Shown in pieces: positions 60,964 to 64,000 of a stretch of DNA of 64,000 nucleotides. Position 1 is the first letter of the stretch, and every line of letters begins with the position of its first letter. Origin of the DNA: Candidatus Tectimicrobiota bacterium (GTDB lineage Bacteria; JACPUC01). The position numbers and the translations under genes are program-made. The notes beneath the pieces were generated by a model. The model had not been told where the DNA came from and did no database searches. It was given only the letters and a program-made list of their open reading frames with translations. The stretch lies in assembly GCA_016192455.1 (NCBI GenBank), contig JACPUC010000015.1:1-64000 (forward strand), in the 5' to 3' direction.

Positions 60964-61815
60964 ATGACCATGCGGCCACGAATCCTGGCGTTTCTCGGCG
61001 GCGGCAACATGGGCGAGGCGATGTTGAAGGGCCTCCTCAATGCCCGCTTCGCCGAACCGCAGCAGCTTCTCGTCGCGGACATCAATCGCCAGCGCGTCGA
61101 GTACCTGGAACGGACCTACGGCGTGCGAGGGGCGGTCAACAACCGCGAGGCGGTCGCCGAGGCGGACGTCATCATCCTGGCCGTGAAACCCCAGAATCTG
61201 CCGGAGCTGCTGCAGGACATCCGCGAGGAGCTCGATGAGACGAAGCTCGTCATCTCCATTGCCGCCGGGGTGCCCCTGCGCACGATCGAGGAGATCGTCA
61301 AGAAGGAGCTGCGCCTCATCCGCACCATGCCGAACACGCCGGCGCTGGTGCAGGAGGCCGCCACGGCGCTGGCCCGCGGCACCTTCGCTTCGGAACCGGA
61401 CCTGAAGCTGGCGGAGCAGATCTTTGCCTCCGTGGGGAAGACGATCGTCATCGAAGAGAACCTCATGGATGCGGTGACCGGCCTCAGCGGCAGCGGTCCG
61501 GCCTACGTCTTCCTCCTCATTGAAGCCATGGCCGACTCGGGGGTGAAGATGGGGCTGACGCGCCAGGCTTCCCTGCTGCTGTCGGCGCAGACCGTGCTGG
61601 GCGCCGCCCGTCTGCTGCTGGAGACGAACGAGCATCCCGGCCGCCTGAAGGATATGGTCTGCTCGCCCGGCGGCACTGCCATCGTGGGTCTCCACACCCT
61701 TGAGCAGGGGGGCCTGCGAACCACCATCATCAACGCCGTGGAAGCGGCCACGAAGCGCTCCATCGAGCTCGGCCAGCAGTACCGGGTCCAACCATCGAGC
61801 GACGCTCCACGCTAG
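60964..61815 (+). CDS. proC: Pyrroline-5-carboxylate reductase
   Basis: 'FLGGGNMG', 'LAVKP', 'RTMPNTP', 'SGSGPAY', 'VCSPGGT'. Confidence 0.97.
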   Translation: MTMRPRILAFLGGGNMGEAMLKGLLNARFAEPQQLLVADINRQRVEYLERTYGVRGAVNNREAVAEADVIILAVKPQNLPELLQDIREELDETKLVISIAAGVPLRTIEEIVKKELRLIRTMPNTPALVQEAATALARGTFASEPDLKLAEQIFASVGKTIVIEENLMDAVTGLSGSGPAYVFLLIEAMADSGVKMGLTRQASLLLSAQTVLGAARLLLETNEHPGRLKDMVCSPGGTAIVGLHTLEQGGLRTTIINAVEAATKRSIELGQQYRVQPSSDAPR

Positions 61816-61828
61816 GTCATGCAGCGGC

Positions 61829-62131
61829 ATGTTCATCTTCGGCTATTTCATCAGCGCCTTGGCTCGCCTCGTTGATGTGGTGCTCATGCTCTACATGCTG
61901 ATCATCATTGCACGGGCCGTCATGTCGTGGATCAACCCGGATCCCTACAACGGCGTCGTGCAGTTCGTCTATCGCACCGCTGAGCCGTCGCTGGGTGCCG
62001 TGAGGCGGAGCCTGCCGATCCGCGACCTGGGCGTCGACGTCTCGCCGATCATCGTGGTGCTCGTGGTGATGTTCCTGCGCTGGGCGCTCGTGCCATCCCT
62101 CGAGGACCTCGGCCGTCTCCTGGTTCCCTGA
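61829..62131 (+). CDS. yggT: YggT family membrane protein
   Basis: 'MSWINPDPYN', 'TAEP', 'DVSPII'. Confidence 0.9.
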   Translation: MFIFGYFISALARLVDVVLMLYMLIIIARAVMSWINPDPYNGVVQFVYRTAEPSLGAVRRSLPIRDLGVDVSPIIVVLVVMFLRWALVPSLEDLGRLLVP

Positions 62132-62184
62132 TGCTCCGCCCGCTCAGCCTTTCCCCGCACCCCTCCCGGAGGAGGAAGACCACC

Positions 62185-62826
62185 ATGAGAATCACGCCGC
62201 TCGATTTGCGCCAGCAGCAGTTCAAGCGCGCGTGGCGCGGCTACGACCCGGAGGAAGTCGATGCCTTGCTCGAGGCGGCGGCCTTTGAGCTGGAGGCGCT
62301 CCTGAAGGAGCAGCAGAATCTCCAGGAGCAGTTCGCCGGGCTTGCGGACGAGCTTGCGGGGGCGCGCGCGGAGGAATCGGAGATCAAGCAGATGCTGCTG
62401 GCGGCGCACCAGGTGCGCGAAGACCTCGTGGCGCAGGCCACGAAGGAGGCCCAGCTCCTCCTGAAGGAAGCGCGCCTGCGCGGGGATGACTTCCTGCGGC
62501 AATGCCGTGAGAAGGATCGGCGCATCACCACCAAGCTGACCGAGCTCGAGCGCCAGTACCAGACCTTTCGCGCCAGGCTCCGCGGCCTCCTCGAGACGCA
62601 CCTGCAGCTCCTCGAGGAGAGCGGGCGCGATCTCGCTGCGCCTGAGCGGCGGGACACGCCGTCGTCGGAGGATGGGAACGCGCTGCCTGCCGCCCTGGTC
62701 GAGAAGGAGAAGAGAGAGGCGGCGGCGCGCCCGTCTCGAGAGGGGCGCGGCGCCCCCGCCCCCGATACCCTCGAGTTCCCTGCCTCGTCCGCGCAAGCCC
62801 TTGATGCCGAGCCGCAGCGACCATGA
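62185..62826 (+). CDS. divIVA: DivIVA domain protein
   Basis: 'MRITPLDLRQQQFK...RGYDPEEVDALL' followed by coiled coil. Strong RBS GGAGGAGG. Confidence 0.9.
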   Translation: MRITPLDLRQQQFKRAWRGYDPEEVDALLEAAAFELEALLKEQQNLQEQFAGLADELAGARAEESEIKQMLLAAHQVREDLVAQATKEAQLLLKEARLRGDDFLRQCREKDRRITTKLTELERQYQTFRARLRGLLETHLQLLEESGRDLAAPERRDTPSSEDGNALPAALVEKEKREAAARPSREGRGAPAPDTLEFPASSAQALDAEPQRP

Positions 62827-63197
62827 GCCCGTCTGAACCGAAGTCCTCAGCCGCTGCGGACGCGGCGGCGTCCCTGCGGGGGTGGAGCTGCCGGGATGGC
62901 GAAGGCGGGGCCGCGTTCACCGTCAAGGTCCAGCCGCGCGCCGCCCGCGCGGCCTTGGGCCAGGTTCAGAACGGCGCCTTGACGCTGCGTCTCACGGCGG
63001 CGCCGGTTGAGGGGGAGGCCAACGCGGCGTGCTGCAAGTTCCTCGCGAAAGTCCTCGGCGTCGCCGCCGGGCGCGTTCACATCCGGCGCGGGGCCGGCTC
63101 GCGCACCAAGGTCATCCAGGTTGAGGGGATCGAGGCGGCGGCCGTGCGTGCGCGCGTCGCCGCCCTCCTGGATCGGCAATCCTCCGCTCGCCGCTGA
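62823..63197 (+). CDS. yggU: DUF167 (YggU) family protein
   Basis: 'VKVQPRA', 'APVEGEAN', 'GSRTK'. Confidence 0.9.
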   Translation: MSPSEPKSSAAADAAASLRGWSCRDGEGGAAFTVKVQPRAARAALGQVQNGALTLRLTAAPVEGEANAACCKFLAKVLGVAAGRVHIRRGAGSRTKVIQVEGIEAAAVRARVAALLDRQSSARR

Positions 63198-63206
63198 GTC
63201 TACCCC

Positions 63207-64000
<794 letters not shown>

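Overview
High-GC (roughly 70%) chromosomal segment of a diderm bacterium; the dcw-yggS-proC-yggT-divIVA-yggU gene order resembles Deltaproteobacteria/Nitrospinae/NC10-type lineages (inference). From left to right: 3' part of a phytoene-dehydrogenase-like FAD oxidoreductase; cobU-cobT-cobS; a 7-gene minus-strand MoxR/DUF58/VWA envelope operon; a divergent 5-gene lipid operon (fatty acyl-CoA reductase-acyltransferase fusion, HAD-IB phosphatase, Zn-dehydrogenase, LarA/DUF2088-like protein, DAG-kinase-like protein); a ~1.35 kb foreign islet (O-antigen-ligase-like remnant plus a chimeric ORF with an AT-rich HEPN/AbiU2-like C-terminus); a carbohydrate ABC transporter; a stand-alone di-iron MBL protein; modAB; an orphan secretin/ExeA-SPOR/TPR cassette; a DUF5666 secreted protein; the dcw cluster (no ddl) with MraZ boxes; yggS, proC, yggT, divIVA, yggU; and partial mtnA. 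The best candidate for an undescribed system is the lipid operon at 15.5-22.9 kb. Its gene set maps onto an alkyl-ether-lipid pathway, with a remodelled nickel-pincer (LarA)-fold protein where an ether-bond-forming enzyme would be expected. No tRNA, rRNA, CRISPR array or transposase was recognised. All calls come from motif recognition by eye, not database searches.
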